From NCBI GenBank assembly GCA_951406725.2, contig OX597822.1, positions 91,698,001 to 91,762,000 on the forward strand: DNA of 64,000 nt, in the 5' to 3' direction. Each line of letters begins with the position of its first letter. Position 1 is the stretch's first letter. Below, one piece after another: positions 35,960 to 49,978 of this stretch. Source of the stretch: Octopus vulgaris. Its lineage: Eukaryota. Made by a program: the position numbers and the translations under genes. Under the pieces are notes generated by a model that did no database searches, was not told where the DNA came from, and saw nothing but the letters and a program-made list of their open reading frames with translations.

Positions 35960-38900
35960 AGGAAGGCATCCTCCCCAATGACTTGTGTAGTAGTATTATA
36001 GTTAGCTGCAACAAGGGTTAAGGCGATACCTTTGATTGAAAAACTACAAAGGTATCAAACTGTGAAGCAAGTCATAAAAATTACAGAGAGAAATATAGCC
36101 TAACTGATTATGAATAGAATTATACAACACACAATGCAGTTTGGGACTGTGCCTGAGATGAGTACCACAGATGCCATTTTCCTAGTGAGACAGCTGCAGG
36201 AGAAGTATCTGGCCAAAAGTAAACCATTGTACTTGACTTTCACCACCCGGAGAAAACTTTTGACAGAGGCCCTTGCTCTGTTATCTTGTGGTGTCTAAGG
36301 AAGTTAGGAGTAGATGAATGGCTTGTTAGAGTTGTACAAGCCAGGTATAGTGATGCTGTCAGTAGGGGAAGAGTTGGGCATGAGTACAGTGATAAATTTA
36401 GTGTTCAAGTATGGTTCACTAGGGTTCCGTTATGGATCCTCAGTTATTAGTCCCCTCTTATTCATTATAGTCCTCCTTGCTATAACAGGGAACTTTAAAA
36501 CTGGCTGCCTGTGGGAACTACTATATATTGATGATCTCACTCTAACAGCAGAATCTGTAGTGGAATTGAAGAAATTTCAGGTATGAAAACAAAAGCTGGA
36601 ATCAAAAGGCTTAAAATTAATCTAGCAAAGACCAAAGTTGTTAGCAAGAAACCAAATAAAACTCTCTTTCCGGTAGGTCAGGGGTCACCAAAATTTTTTT
36701 ATAGTGGGCCAGATATAGCTAAAAAAAATGCCAGGCAAAATATTACCAAGTTAGAATTTTTAGAAAAAGTGTGCACATAGCTGAATTGCATAAAAAGTAA
36801 GCAGCACAAAAGTTAATGAGATTTGTGAAACTGGCGTTTAGCTTCCAAAATATCATCAGCATTTGCTTTATGATTGCTGCAGCCAACCATAAAAATTGCT
36901 TTCAAATGTTCATCAGTGATCCTTGTTCGATGTATTGACTTCACACACTTCGTTTTTGAAAAAAATTTGCTCACAAACAAGTTGTTCCAAAAACTGAAGC
37001 CATACCTGAGGCAACTTTTTCAATTTTGAAAACTCATCAGCAGTCAAGCAGTGATAAAATTCAATGAGTTTTCCTTCTCTGTGCTTCTCTTTCAACAAAG
37101 TATCAGCTTGCAAGTCAATAAGCTCCAGTTGTAGTTCAGTTGGCATGTTATCAAGATTACAGCCAAAGGGATTCTCAAACAAAAGAATTTCATTCTCAAT
37201 TCTGTCAAGATCTGAAAATCTTTGAGAAAAATGCTTATTTAAGTCCCAAATAATTTTTTTATGAAACTCGAGGTTAACATGTTCCACATTTTCTGTGCAA
37301 AACTCTTAAAAACACTGAAAATGAGAGAAGTTTCCTCCTTCAAATTGTGCTGCAAACAATGATAGCTTCTGAAATGCTGTAATAATTCTGTAGAGATCAC
37401 AGACAAGGTTATTCTTTCCTTTCAGTTTTAAATTCAATTCATTCATATGAGAGGTGACGTCAACTAAAAATGACAACTTTGATAACCACGAAGGATCTGA
37501 CAGCTGTGGATCAGCTCTATTCTTTTCGATGAGAAAAAGATCTATTTCTCTTTGGAGAAACAAGGCTTTACAGCAACTGAGCCATCTCACCTCTGTGTAG
37601 TAAAGCAAGTCACAGAAATTAGAATCCTTTTCTCCAAGGAAAGCCTGGAACTGTCGGTGATTAAGCCCATGATTCCGAATAAAGTTCACCACAGTTGTAA
37701 CCGGCTTTAGTACGCAAGAAATATTTAAGTGTTTGCTGATGTATAATGCAGTGTATAAACAGAGCCTTTGAAAGTTGAAGCTCATCCAACTTGGTCTGGA
37801 TCCACCCTACCAAACTTTTCCTCACTCCTGCCATGTTTTTTCCTCCATCGACTGTAACACACCGAAGCTGATTCCTCTGAAGGTTATAGTTTTGCAAAGT
37901 TTTCTGCACCTCTATGAAAATATCTTCTCCAGTTGTTGTTCCATGTATACAGCAAACAGATGCCATTTCTTTTGTAATCTCAAAGTTGCAATTGACACCA
38001 CAAATGCACAAAAGAAGCTGTGACATACCAGAGAGATCAGTAGACTCATCCATCGCAAGAGAAAACCACAAAAACTTCTTAGCTTTCTCATGTATCGGTA
38101 ACTGCATATTATCCCCAAGTTCTATTCTCTGCACAACTCAACTTGTTGAAAGGCTGATACAGCAAAACATGTTAGCTTTTGCAGGACACAAGTCATTTGC
38201 TGCTTCCATCATGCACTTTTTAAGAAAGTTTCCATCAGTAAATGGTTTTCCTTGCTCTGTCAACTTATTCACTATTTTGTAACTTACACAAGTGATAGAT
38301 TCATTTTCAACAAACTTTTTCGTAAAGAAATTCCTTTGAGATTCCAAACTGCATTTCATAGATTCAAATTTCTCGGACTGCAATTTTCCAGAATATTTAG
38401 AATGTGTTGAGAGATGTTTTGCTTCGTAGTGACGACGAATATTGTACTCTTTCATAACAGCAACACTTTTGTTGCATATCAGGGAACTAGCCTTCTGGCT
38501 GTTTGTTTCCACAAAGAAGTATTTTTCTCCCCATTCTTTACTGAAAATGTGACATTCATCATCAACTTTTCTCTTCTTAGTAGCCATAACGATGGGCGAA
38601 GAAAAACAAAAGCAGTCTTAGTCCTCGGCATCAGATATTCACATTTTAATTGTAATCACTAATAACTGACTAGCCTGAGGCACATGTCATGCACTGTAAT
38701 AATTATTATGGCGCGTGAAGTACGTAGCGCATGATGTGACTGACTCAGTATACATACACCATGTGTAATCTAAGAAGTGTAAGAAGCTGTATAAAAGCAT
38801 GTTTATTTTTTTCAGCATATGACAGAGGGCTGGACAAATTGACGTCACGGGCTGTAGTTTGGTGACCCATGCAGTAGGTAAATGGCCCTGCTCAATTTGT

Positions 38901-39872
38901 AGAAAAGCTGTACACAGTAATTCCATACAGTGTACCCAGTGCAAGGACACACGAGATGCAGTGGAATCTCAGGAAGGTTAATGGAGACAGGTTTCGCTTA
39001 TAGAAGATACACAGGTATCACAAAATCCAAGGTCACATGGGAAAGTGGTTTTCTCAAATGCCCAGTATACTCTCTTGAGGTTGTAGACAGTTTCTGTTAC
39101 CTAGGTGACCAAATTAGCAGTGGTGGAGGATATTCTGAAAGTATTGTTGTTAGAATAAGAGGATGGAGGAAATTCAGAGAGCTATTATCTCTGTTGGCAA
39201 CAAAAGGACTCTCTCTCAGAGTGAAAGGTAGATTGTATGATGCTTGTGCACAAATAGCTATACTCCATGGTAATGTGATATGGACCCTGAATGCTGACAA
39301 GATACAATAGACTGGAGAGGAATGAGGCTAGTATGTTTCAACAGATATGTAACAGTAGTGAGCATCTCTCTCACTCTCTCATTCTTGCTCTCTCTCTCTC
39401 TCTCACTTTCTCTCTTCCCTTGATTGAGGTAAGCATGTATCCCCTCTATATCAAGACACCTGTTTTATGTCTCTCTGTCATACTCTAACCTATCATCATC
39501 TGACATATAACCACCTTCTTCAATACCACTCCCCTCTCAAAGGATCTTTGTTTTGTAAATTACTCAGTGACCTTGCTGGTGCTGGTATCACATAAAAAGC
39601 ATCCAGTCCACTCTGTAAAGAGGTTGGCATTGAAAAGGCATCCAGCTGTATGAACATGCCAATGCAGACCTCGTTGGTATTGGTGCCATGCAAAAAGTAC
39701 CCAATCAACTCTGTTAAAATTATAGGTGTTAGGAAGGGTATCCAGCTGCAAGACTCTGCCAAAACAGGCAGTGAAGATTGATGCAGTTCTCTGGCTTGCC
39801 AAGTCTTGTCAAACTATCCAATCTATGCCATCATGGAAGACAGACGTTAAATAAGGATGATGATGATGATGA
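35960..39872 (+). mobile_element. Decayed RTE LINE interrupted by a hAT transposon
   Basis: RT reads KTLFPVG|KWPCSICRK across the insertion; ends in (GAT)n. Confidence 0.85.
36679..38871 (-). mobile_element. hAT transposon (Buster/SPIN, GTF2IRD2-like), near full length, transposase frameshifted
   Basis: TIRs CA(G/T)GGGTCACCAAA; 8-bp TSD CGGTAGGT/CAGTAGGT; KRKVD..BED-like finger, SLAMDESTD, VTVDGG, HCII, EVRWLS, LVCEQIF motifs. Confidence 0.93.
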
Positions 39873-40152
39873 ATAACATCATGAAATTAGGCAAAGAGCT
39901 CCTGAATAAGTATTGTGAGTGAACTGTTGTTCCATGTGATCAAGGGTAGCTGAACTGACCTAGTTAAAAAGAAACTTGGAGGAGAAAATACTCATCATAC
40001 CAGCAAATAATTATGCATAGATATGCATCTCACAAACAATATCAATAACATTAGCAGGATTAGTAACCTCTGATGGACTTTTGACAGATGCATAGAAGAC
40101 TACATCATTGGTATTAAAGAAAAGAGATAACTACTAAATGTTTGATCAACAA

Positions 40153-40367
40153 TACTCTCTCTTTTACTCTTTTACTTGTTTCAGTTATTTGGCTGCGGCC
40201 ATGCTGGAGCACCGCCTTTAGTCGAGCAAATCGGCCCCGGGACTTATTCTTTGTAAGCCCAGTACTTATTCTATCAGTCTCTTTTGCCGAACCGCTAAGT
40301 GAGGGGGACGTAAACACACCAGCATCGGTTGTCAAGCAATGCTAGGGAGACAAACACAGACACACAA

Positions 40368-40438
<71 letters not shown>

Positions 40439-40603
40439 TACGACGGGCTTCTTTCAGTTTCTGTCTACCAAATCCACTCACAAGGCATTGGTCGGCCCGG
40501 GGCTATAGCAGAAGACACTTGCCCAAGATGCCATGCAGTGGGACTGAACCTGGAACCATGTGGTTGGTTAGCAAACTACTTACCACACAGCCACTTCTGC
40601 GCC
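40153..40603 (-). mobile_element. SINE family A, full length
   Basis: Matches family A. Confidence 0.9.
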
Positions 40604-40751
40604 TATAGAGATATGAATGTTTCTAAAGCTCCATGTTGTAAATGGAAATGTTGATTGAGAACTACTGGTGTGGAAGATATTACATCATCATCATGGGCAG
40701 TCCAAAACTGTCCACAAGCTACTAACTTCCAATAAGTCATGACACTGTTGC

Positions 40752-41408
40752 TATCTTTTATCTTTTACTTGTTTCAGTCATTAGACTGGGGCCATGCTGA
40801 GGTATCACCCCTTGAAGAATTCTTAGTCAAGTGAATTGATCTCAGTACTTTTTATATACATAAGCCTGGTAGCTTATTCTATAGGTCTCTTTTGCTGAAT
40901 TGCTAAGTTACAGGAACATAAATATACCAACACTGACTATCAAGTGGTAGTGGAAAACAAACACACACACACACACAAACACATATATTCAACAGGCACT
41001 TTTCAGTGTCTTATTTCTTTACTGCCCACAAGGGTCTACACACAGAGGGAAACAAGCAAGGACAGACAAATGGATTAAGTCAATTATATCGATCCCAGTG
41101 CGTAACTGGTACTTATTTTATCGACCCCGAAAGGATGAAAGGCTAAGTTGGCCTCGGCGGAATTTGAACTCAGAACATAGCAGCAGACAAAATACCGCTA
41201 AGCATTTCACCCGGTGTGCTAACATTTCTGCCAGCTCACCGCCTTTAAGGCTCTTTTCAGTTTCTTTCTCCTGAATCCACTCACAAGGCTTTGGTTGGCC
41301 CAAGGCTATATAGTAGAAGACACTTACCCAAGGTGCAACACAGTGGGAATGAACCTAGAATGATGTGGTTGGGAAGCAAGCTTCTTACCACACAGACACA
41401 CTTACACT
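40752..41408 (-). mobile_element. Old SINE family A copy split by SINE B
   Basis: Family A halves on either side of 41013-41244. Confidence 0.8.
41013..41244 (-). mobile_element. SINE family B nested in SINE A
   Basis: ~19-bp TSD at 40994-41012 and 41248-41266 with 2 mismatches. Confidence 0.85.
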
Positions 41409-41439
41409 AAAACTATTTTCAAAAGCTTTACAGCAGAAG

Positions 41440-41760
41440 GGTTGTCTTGTTGAACATACCAAAGAAACACTAGAACCAAAATACTGGTAGAGCATTACAA
41501 TAAAAACATCAGTCCAATGAAAACACTTTAGAACAGATATTATTCTATGGGACAAGGAGCAAATGTTACACATTGTTGTAGAGACCATCTGCCTGGCAAA
41601 CATAAATGCTTTGACAAAACATGGGGCAAATGAGAACATCTATGGAAATCTAATGAAAAACGTACATCTCTAATATCCAGGCTATAGACTTTCATTTGTA
41701 CTTATTAATAAAAGGTACAGGGTTATGCAATAACAGATTTGGATAAAACAAACTCAAAAT
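41440..41760 (+). mobile_element. Older RLE-type (R4-like) endonuclease remnant
   Basis: RTDIILWDKE...ENIYGNL...YPGY resembles the 19106 element. Confidence 0.6.
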
Positions 41761-42066
41761 GTGATTCTCAAAAGAAAAAAAAAAAAGCAAACTGTCTTTA
41801 CATTCTCCACGCACAATCAGTTAGTGGTACAATGATTTGTAAAACATTCCAGGGATTATCTATTTGAGGATTCTGGACTGAACATAATCACATGTACACT
41901 GGAACACACACAAACAATAATCAAACACACTTGTGTACTAAAGTGACATGCATACCCACTAAATGAGTCAAGTTTTATCCACACAAGGAAGGAACACAAA
42001 CAAATAAACAAACAAACCAATGTTTTGATGCTATACACTATATCACTGTACTACCAGAAACAATTA

Positions 42067-43488
42067 CTGTAAAAACCCATGTAATTTATGCCCTTTTTTT
42101 CACAAAACAAAACTAAACTTTATTGGGTGTGTAAATTACATGAATAGATCATTTCCAGAATTATTTTAGAAATTTTTTTTTTGTTGGAAAATGACGTACA
42201 TTTGTACTGGAAGTTGACTCATTTAATGTCAATAGATTTTTACAGAAAAAAATATAATGAAGTTGACTTTTATTTATGCTGGATGGTATAACGCTTACTT
42301 TTTCTGTATGAATTTACTAAAACCATTAAATGGTTAACTACTTTTTGAAGTTTGACGTTCATGCTGGTAATCATGGTCCAGGCCATATTTTACATTGCTT
42401 GGAATTTCTACCTATTGCAATGGAGTCCAGCAATTTCCTTAACTAGGTCAGTTTTTCTCTGCTTAAGAAGTCTAGCTTGCATTTACCTCCAGGAAGCTAT
42501 TGCTCACTTTCTCCGCTTTAGAACAATGAAATTCATCACCACCAACATCGCCGACGACATCATAATTCATCCTTGCACATGTAAACTCACTAAATGAATA
42601 TGACTTAGCATTCCTACTGAAACCTTCATTTACCTTATACAATGTTTAATGTCATTTCACATTCATGTTGAATCATGCAGCATTCTTATGTTCTCTTCAT
42701 AGAACATTTGTAATGTATGTTCTTTTGGTATAGTAGATTTTTGTTGTTCTTGTTTGTCTCCTCAGAGACATGCATAGTCTAGCAAGTCACTTCTTAAATT
42801 TCGCACCACTCTTGTTCAATGGTAATGACAAATTTTTAAGTTCACTTGATATTTTATAAGTGTAAAAGGGATTAAAATTTTGACACAGTATCAAAGGTTC
42901 CAACAAGAATAGGCAGAAAATTATAGCTTGAGACAAGAAGACATTTTCAATCAATCAGAATTCTGTTTACAGAATCAGTTTGATCAGTAACCTTCTTCTG
43001 TCAGTTGAGTAAAGTGTCATCCATGCTGATGTTTATTTGTAATTAAATTTATTTTGCAACATTTGTGCATATTTATTAGCTTTATTTTTGTTGATAAGAA
43101 TTATCAACAACTTTTCCTGTGATTGTGATTTGAGAAGACATACAGAAGTAAGCTAAAGATTGGACATAATCTTTTGTGGTCAAGAAATGTAAAATAAAGT
43201 TTATTATAAACGACACAAACAGTTCATAATTTAATAGCTTTCAATGTGATATGTGTTAAACAGGAATTATTTTTATTTAATGAAAATTAAATAAAATCTA
43301 ATCATAAGTAAGTGAAATTATACTACATACAACTAAATTGTAAACCTTTTTCCTCTGGATTTATCAGCAATTCTGAAAACTTTTGGTTGCGAATTTTACA
43401 CGAGTAGAAGCCACTTTTTTAACAATTTTTATCCTGAAAATCATCTGTGTAAATTACTCAGATGCACAAATTACATGGGTTTTTACAG
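42067..43488 (-). mobile_element. pogo-like Tc1/mariner DNA transposon, decayed
   Basis: 25-bp TIRs CTGTAAAAACCCATGTAATTT(A/G)TGC, TA on both sides; SLRRQT remnant on minus strand. Confidence 0.8.
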
Positions 43489-44043
43489 TAAACGGTGACT
43501 CTAAGAAAATACCATTTATCAATGAACTCCAACACTGATGGCTGCAGTGGCTGTACCAGCTGACCTGTTTACTACAAACTTCATTGAAGATAGTCATACC
43601 TTAAATGAGATTGAACAAAGGAATATACTACCCATCCTTAACATCTGCAGACTGAATAGCAAAATAAGTCCAACATCACTACACACACACACACACTTCC
43701 ATCCTCATATAACCACCATTCATTCCTTCCTTTCCATCACTTTCCCTTGCTTCCCACCAAATACACACAGAAATGCACACATAACTCAATCAACTTTCTC
43801 ACAGGTCAAAAGAGATAAATAACTCTTTGTTAAACACCTGTTAATGTTATATCACTTGAAGAAATGAATCTATGAAGGTGATCTACCTAATACTCATGGA
43901 TACTATGGACTATACTGTAATCATCCTGGAAATATAAACTGTGATCTTAAGAGACATTTGATTTGTGGAAACACACATACCAATGCATTAAATGTTTATA
44001 AACTCCATCCAATGTTTGTTATTATTACTATTTTTATATTGTC

Positions 44044-44090
<47 letters not shown>

Positions 44091-44218
44091 CAAAGTGGAG
44101 TTGTACGGTACCGCATGAGTGGAATTATATATGAAAGAAGGTATGTTACCAAAGACTGTATATATGTATTGTAGCATTTTGTAACAACCAATAATTAACA
44201 CAACCAAACTTTTACATG

Positions 44219-44263
44219 TTACTTTTGACAATCTTTTTCCAAAGAGTGAAACCGGTAAAGTAA
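44219..44263 (+). ncRNA. Type-I hammerhead variant (U3/A8) in a ~213-bp TA-flanked cassette (44090-44302)
   Basis: ttactt-TTGACAA-tcttt(ttcc)aaaga-gt-GAAA-ccgg-TA-aagtaa. Confidence 0.55.
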
Positions 44264-44298
44264 ATAAACATCTCTTAAAATTGCATTTTCAAACCTTC

Positions 44299-44344
<46 letters not shown>

Positions 44345-45089
44345 TTTATCTTTTATTTGAATTAAATTAAAAGTGATGTATATACAAATCATTGGGAAAA
44401 ACATAGCAATCAAGAAACCAATACTAATTTAAATACATATATATATATAGGTCAACCATTTTATGCATCTTGTTATTTTTATGGTAGTATTGACATGGCA
44501 AGATTTACTGAGGCAGAATTCTATGGTCCTGATAATGTCTGCCACTATATCTTACTCGTTTTTGAAGTACAGTATTTTTAATTTCCCTGATCGTATCAAA
44601 TCAAAACAGCTATGTTACAAGACATATTGTTTACAAGGAACATCAGCACATCATTACCATCACACGGTGTCAATCAAAAATTTTAATAAATAAGTCACAC
44701 ACACAACTGGATTCCATGTAATTTTTGACAACCAGTTTCACTTACAAAACATTAATCAACCAGATGCTATGCTAGAAGACCAAGGTACCATAGAATGGAA
44801 CTCAAAACCACATGGCTCCAAAGTGAACTTTGTGACCACATACACACATGCAGAAAGAGCTGGTAGTTAGCAGGGCATTAAGCAAGTTCATTTATGATGT
44901 TATTTCAGTATGTTGCTTGGATTGTGCAAGAATAAACAGTTGACTGTCATATATCAGGATATGCCGTAATCAGTCAGACTGCTATAACATTCACTTTGAT
45001 ATAACAGTATAATTAAACAAGTAAGACATGACTATGACTGACTTCCCTGACTTCTGTGTCACAGTATTTGTAACAACTAGCACATACCA

Positions 45090-45775
45090 CCCGTCATGTG
45101 GGAGGGGTGTTCCATTATTATTATTAGACCCATAACATCTCCACTTTTAAGTTTTTCTTTTTCCTTAGAGAGTGTAATTTCATTTCATTTCTTTTCATTA
45201 GCAATAATTTTTACATCACCCCCACCTCCTTTTTTATTTAGTTTTCTTTTTTTCCATACAGTTACAAATCTAATTTTTTTTCATTTGGCATCCACTTCCA
45301 GGAACTCTGTACATTTTCTTTTGCTTGTGCATCTGGGTTCAATTATTTGTAGTGGCATTGGTACTTGAAAAGTGTCATATAACCATTCCATTGATTACTC
45401 CATTCTCTTGAGTTCACTTTTAATGAATCTTTTTTTAGTTGGGTCATGTGTCCCTTGTATACCCCTTTTTGTGTTATGCGTTTGGTAACTATGTCATCTT
45501 TCCAGCTTTGTTTTCCATTCTTATATGCCCTAACAAGTACATTTTTGCCAATTTTGAAATATTTTACCAGGTAGTAATTTGTTGAAGACTGATTTTATTT
45601 TCTTCGTAAACATCAGCTCCACTGGTGACATACCTGCTGGTGTGTTTGGATTTGGTGCCACATAGTATAATCTTAAGAATTGTTGCAGAGCTACCTCATC
45701 CATGACTTCCTTATTTGACTTTCTTAGAATTCTTTTGAATGTATTGAAAAAGCATTCTGCTAGTCCATTAGATCT
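45090..45775 (-). mobile_element. Gypsy integrase C-terminus, polypurine tract and LTR remnant
   Basis: SNGLAECFF..LQQFLRLY..PN..SPVELMF matches 11790-11950; purine tract near 45215-45230. Confidence 0.75.
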
Positions 45776-46066
45776 CTCTACCTATCTATCTGTCTGTTTA
45801 TCTATCTGTCTATCTATCTACCATTTACAACAATTGACCCTTTGGAAACCAACTACCTGAGACTGCATCTAGTTCTCTAATGTAAATTTCTTGTTTTAAA
45901 AAACCTCCCATCAAAATTTCATTTTAATTTATCTAGCAAGCACCACAATAATAATGTCAAAGTTATTTCACTAAATTAATTGAAACAAAAGCAAGATATT
46001 GTAACAAAAATACAGTAAAGGAAGGGCTAATAGGGTATGACATTTTTTACTGCATAGCAATGTTAC

Positions 46067-46607
46067 CTCTGTTGTATTGTACAGGAAATACTTTTTCTTC
46101 TGTATCTGCTGCTTTAAAAAAATGTCCAAGTTGCTTGCTTGCCTAAATAATAAATTTGGAGCCCTAACTCCCCTTAAGCACATTTATTCTGCTTTTAAGT
46201 TGTAGGACCACAAATCCTAGTCTTTAGCGACATGTTGAGTTTGTTTCAAACTTATTGTTTGATTAACATTTTAACTTACATAAACAACAAAGCTATATTC
46301 AACATGCTAAGTTTTAAAGGAAGTTTGTTGGTTCAATAAAAACTCTTAATTCAAAAGCTGTTAATATTTACTAAACATTTCATTTTTCTGTTTTACCAGG
46401 GTCAACTTGGCCTTTAATTTCTCAAAGGCTGCATGATAGGCCAAAAGAGTAGAAAGTAGTTGATATATGAATAATGTTTCTTTACATGCTTGAATAGTTG
46501 GTCTCATCCCACAAGACTTTACAAGAAGTGCAGAAATATACCAAAATAAATTGTCCTGCCGGGTTTTCTCACGCACAGCATACTTCCAAAGGTCTCAGTA
46601 AAATTGT
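46067..46607 (-). pseudogene. Candidate two-exon fragment of an unidentified gene (46607-46397 and 46142-46067)
   Basis: GT-AG sites with compatible phase and ~90 open codons; one TGA near the start of the first exon. Confidence 0.3.
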
Positions 46608-46709
46608 CTGCAGACAATAATTCTAATTTCTTCAAGAAAAGAACATGACAGAATCTGGGTTCTATAAAAGCAACTTGTTATAATATTGTTTTATTCAATT
46701 ATTAGTTGA

Positions 46710-47170
46710 CTAGTGTGGCCCATGAATATTTCACGGAATTAATTGTAAGCCTATTGGGTTATTTCTGAAAATTTTATCCCAAAAGCCTGAAAGTGTATTC
46801 TGTGTTGTGTCTGTATCAAAAGATAGTCACTCATTGGCTATTCATTGAAAAATGAAGGAAATTGGAATACGATGATTACTTATGCACAATTTTATAGACT
46901 TAATACACAGCACTCATAAAATATATTCATTTTTCCATTTTCCCCATAAACAGAAGAAATTACATTTTAAAATTTACATGGTCACAATTTCATATCTAGA
47001 AAAAAATTTTATATCAAAATAATTATTTTATATGTAAAATATAGGGGTCACAATTTCATGAGGGTAAAAATTTAATCCAACATGGTATACTCTGAAAACC
47101 ACATCGCTGGTCAAGTGAAAGCATTACCAATGGGCTAAGTAACGTAATGACAAGCAGAATTATTATACGA
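46710..47170 (-). mobile_element. Non-autonomous Helitron-like element
   Basis: Minus strand: A|TC start; CCGTGAAATATTCATGG hairpin then CTAG|T. Confidence 0.55.
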
Positions 47171-47206
47171 TGAGAGCTATGACCTGACATTGGCATCATT
47201 TACTGG

Positions 47207-47480
<274 letters not shown>

Positions 47481-48252
47481 AAATTTAAAATGAGGGTGAG
47501 AAATTAGATATTAAATTAATTAACATCGATTTTACACCAGTGGTCTAGCAGTATTATATATATATATATAAGTTTAGTGATGCAAACTCTCAAAATATAT
47601 ATCCCTTGGGCCTCTCTCCTGTGAGTCGAGCCATAGGAATATTTCTGAGGAGCAATAATCAACTTGTTTTCGAGCTAATAATTCCAAAAAGTCAACACTA
47701 TGGACACAAGGAAGGATGCTATTGTGGATTTTGATTTTGAATTTGATACTGGCTGTTGTTGTTGTTTAGCCCAAGGTCAATCCTGATCAAACATACTTAT
47801 GTGCAAAAAGCTTTCTATAACAACTTTTGTTTTAAGTCTTAGTTTATCTAGAAGCATTTACCCAAAGTATCCTTCCCTTTTTGAGATGGTATGGTGTGAT
47901 TTGAGAGATTTGCTTGCTATTTCAAGCAAGTTGAACAACCACCGAAGAAGCTACCTCCGTCTTTTTGAGGGACACATAAAATATACATAGGAAAGGTAGT
48001 TGTATCGGGTGTGATTGGGAAGAGGTGGTGTGAAAATTGCTAGTTCAGGAGCAGAAGAGATACAGGAGAATCAGAATATCTGTGAGTTAGTCTTAGAAGT
48101 GTGTTAATGAGTGACACAGTTGAATGACTTTCTTTTGGATATAGCCAAAAATGTTTGTCTATAGCAACAGTATCATCCCAGGCTCATGAACAATGTTTCA
48201 GTGTGCATTGTATTTGAACATTATGAAGGGTTGAAAACTACTGGGTTTTATA

Positions 48253-48453
48253 TACTCATTTACTTGTTTCAGTCATTTGACTGTGGCCATGCTGGAACAC
48301 CACCTTTAGTCAAGGAAATCAACCCCAGGACTTATTCTTTGTAAGCCTAGTACTTATTCTATCAGTCTCTTTTGCCGAACAGCTAAGTTATGGGGACCTA
48401 AACACACCAGCATCGGTTGTCAAGCGATTGTGGGGGGACAAACAGACAAGCAT

Positions 48454-48484
<31 letters not shown>

Positions 48485-48655
48485 GACATATACAACAGGC
48501 TTCTTTCAGTTTCCATCTACCAAATCCACTCACAAGGCTTTGGTCAGTCCGAGGCTATAGTAGAAGACACTTGCCCAAGGTGCCACGCAGTGGGACTGAA
48601 CCCGGAACCATGTGGTTCATAAGCAAGCTACTTACCACACAGCCACTCCTATGCC
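48253..48655 (-). mobile_element. SINE family A, full length
   Basis: Matches family A. Confidence 0.9.
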
Positions 48656-49660
48656 TATTCATTAAATATATAATTTGTATTAGATCTACTTATCTTGGAG
48701 AAGAGATTCAGTCATATTGTTTTAAGACAGAAAAAAAGAGAATGTTGAAGATGTCTTATAAATTAAAATATCAGTAATATTAATGTGCCAACATTTTGTT
48801 TTTGTACATGTGTACCTGAGATGTGTGTCACACTTCAAAGAAAGTGAGTGGCAAAACGGGAGAGAGGAAGACAAAGAGGAAGTGAGAGAGAATGAGAGAG
48901 CGTGAAAGAGACAGTGAGAGAGAGAGTGAGTGGTGACAGCGTTCATTTTATTTTTAAATGATTATCAGTATTTTCAGAGTAAACTGATACATAGATCGCA
49001 AGAAAAGTAGATACACAGATTGAAAGAAAAGTAAATACATATACACATTGTTAAATTAAAGTGGGAGAGAAGAGGAACAGTAGATACATAGATTGTAAGA
49101 AAAATTGATACATAGATACATAGACACAGTGTTAAACCAAAGACAACTACAGCAAATATTGGATGTCACTTTCAGTTTTCATTACCACACAAGGATAAAA
49201 TTAACTCACAAGTGGCAGAGTACTCTATACACATGCATACCATTAATGTAGTTCTCAGAGAGATTCAGCCTCACACAGAATATGATAAGGTTGGCCCCTT
49301 TGAATTACAGCTGTGACTCATTTTGGCCAGCTGAATGGACTGAAGTAAGATAAACCTTCAAGTGGTTGGAAAAAAACGAAAACAAATCCTATATAGGGGC
49401 AGGAAAACCTTTTTAGGCATTAGGGTCACTATAGGTGTTAATCCAGTAGCATTTGTGGGTCTCACAGATGTGGAGGCCCAACCACCAGATAAACACCAAT
49501 GTGCAGGCTGTTGTTATCAAACTAAGCATGAATCGAGGGTAAAGTTACTACACAACAGAATAGCAATTATTTCATCTTAGATTTCACTGCTTATACTAAA
49601 CGCCTGACATTTTTGTCTTACAATATGGAACGTTGCCTTTTCTTCCACTCTTTTTTAAAA

Positions 49661-49978
49661 ATGGCACTCTGTCGGTTATGATGACGAGGTTCTTGTTTAT
49701 ATGATCAACAGAACAGTCTGCTTATAAAATCAACATGCAAGTGGCTGAGTACTCCAGAGACATGCACACCATAAGGTAGTTCTCAGGGAGATTCAGCTTC
49801 ACAAAGAATGTAACAAGGCTGGCTCTTTTGAATTACTGCTACAACTCATTTTTGCCTGCTGAGTGGACTGCAGCAAGGTGAAGTAGAGTATCTTGCTCAA
49901 GAATACAGTGCGCCACCAGGAATCATGCTTATGACTTTATGATTGTGGACTGAATACCCTTAACGACTGAGCCAAACA
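49661..49978 (-). mobile_element. Diverged tRNA/CORE-like SINE; partial second copy at 49205-49345
   Basis: Minus-strand head TGGCTCAGTCGTTAAGG and TTCTTGAGCAAGATAC centre; local duplicate. Confidence 0.6.

Noticed and set aside
37661-38587. Domesticated GTF2IRD2/ZBED-like host gene
   Set aside because: Frameshifts, stops, TIRs and TSD show a decayed transposon copy
47636-47686. ggaatattt-CTGAGGA-gcaa...ttgt...aataattcc
   Set aside because: No GAAA box; cannot form a hammerhead as written
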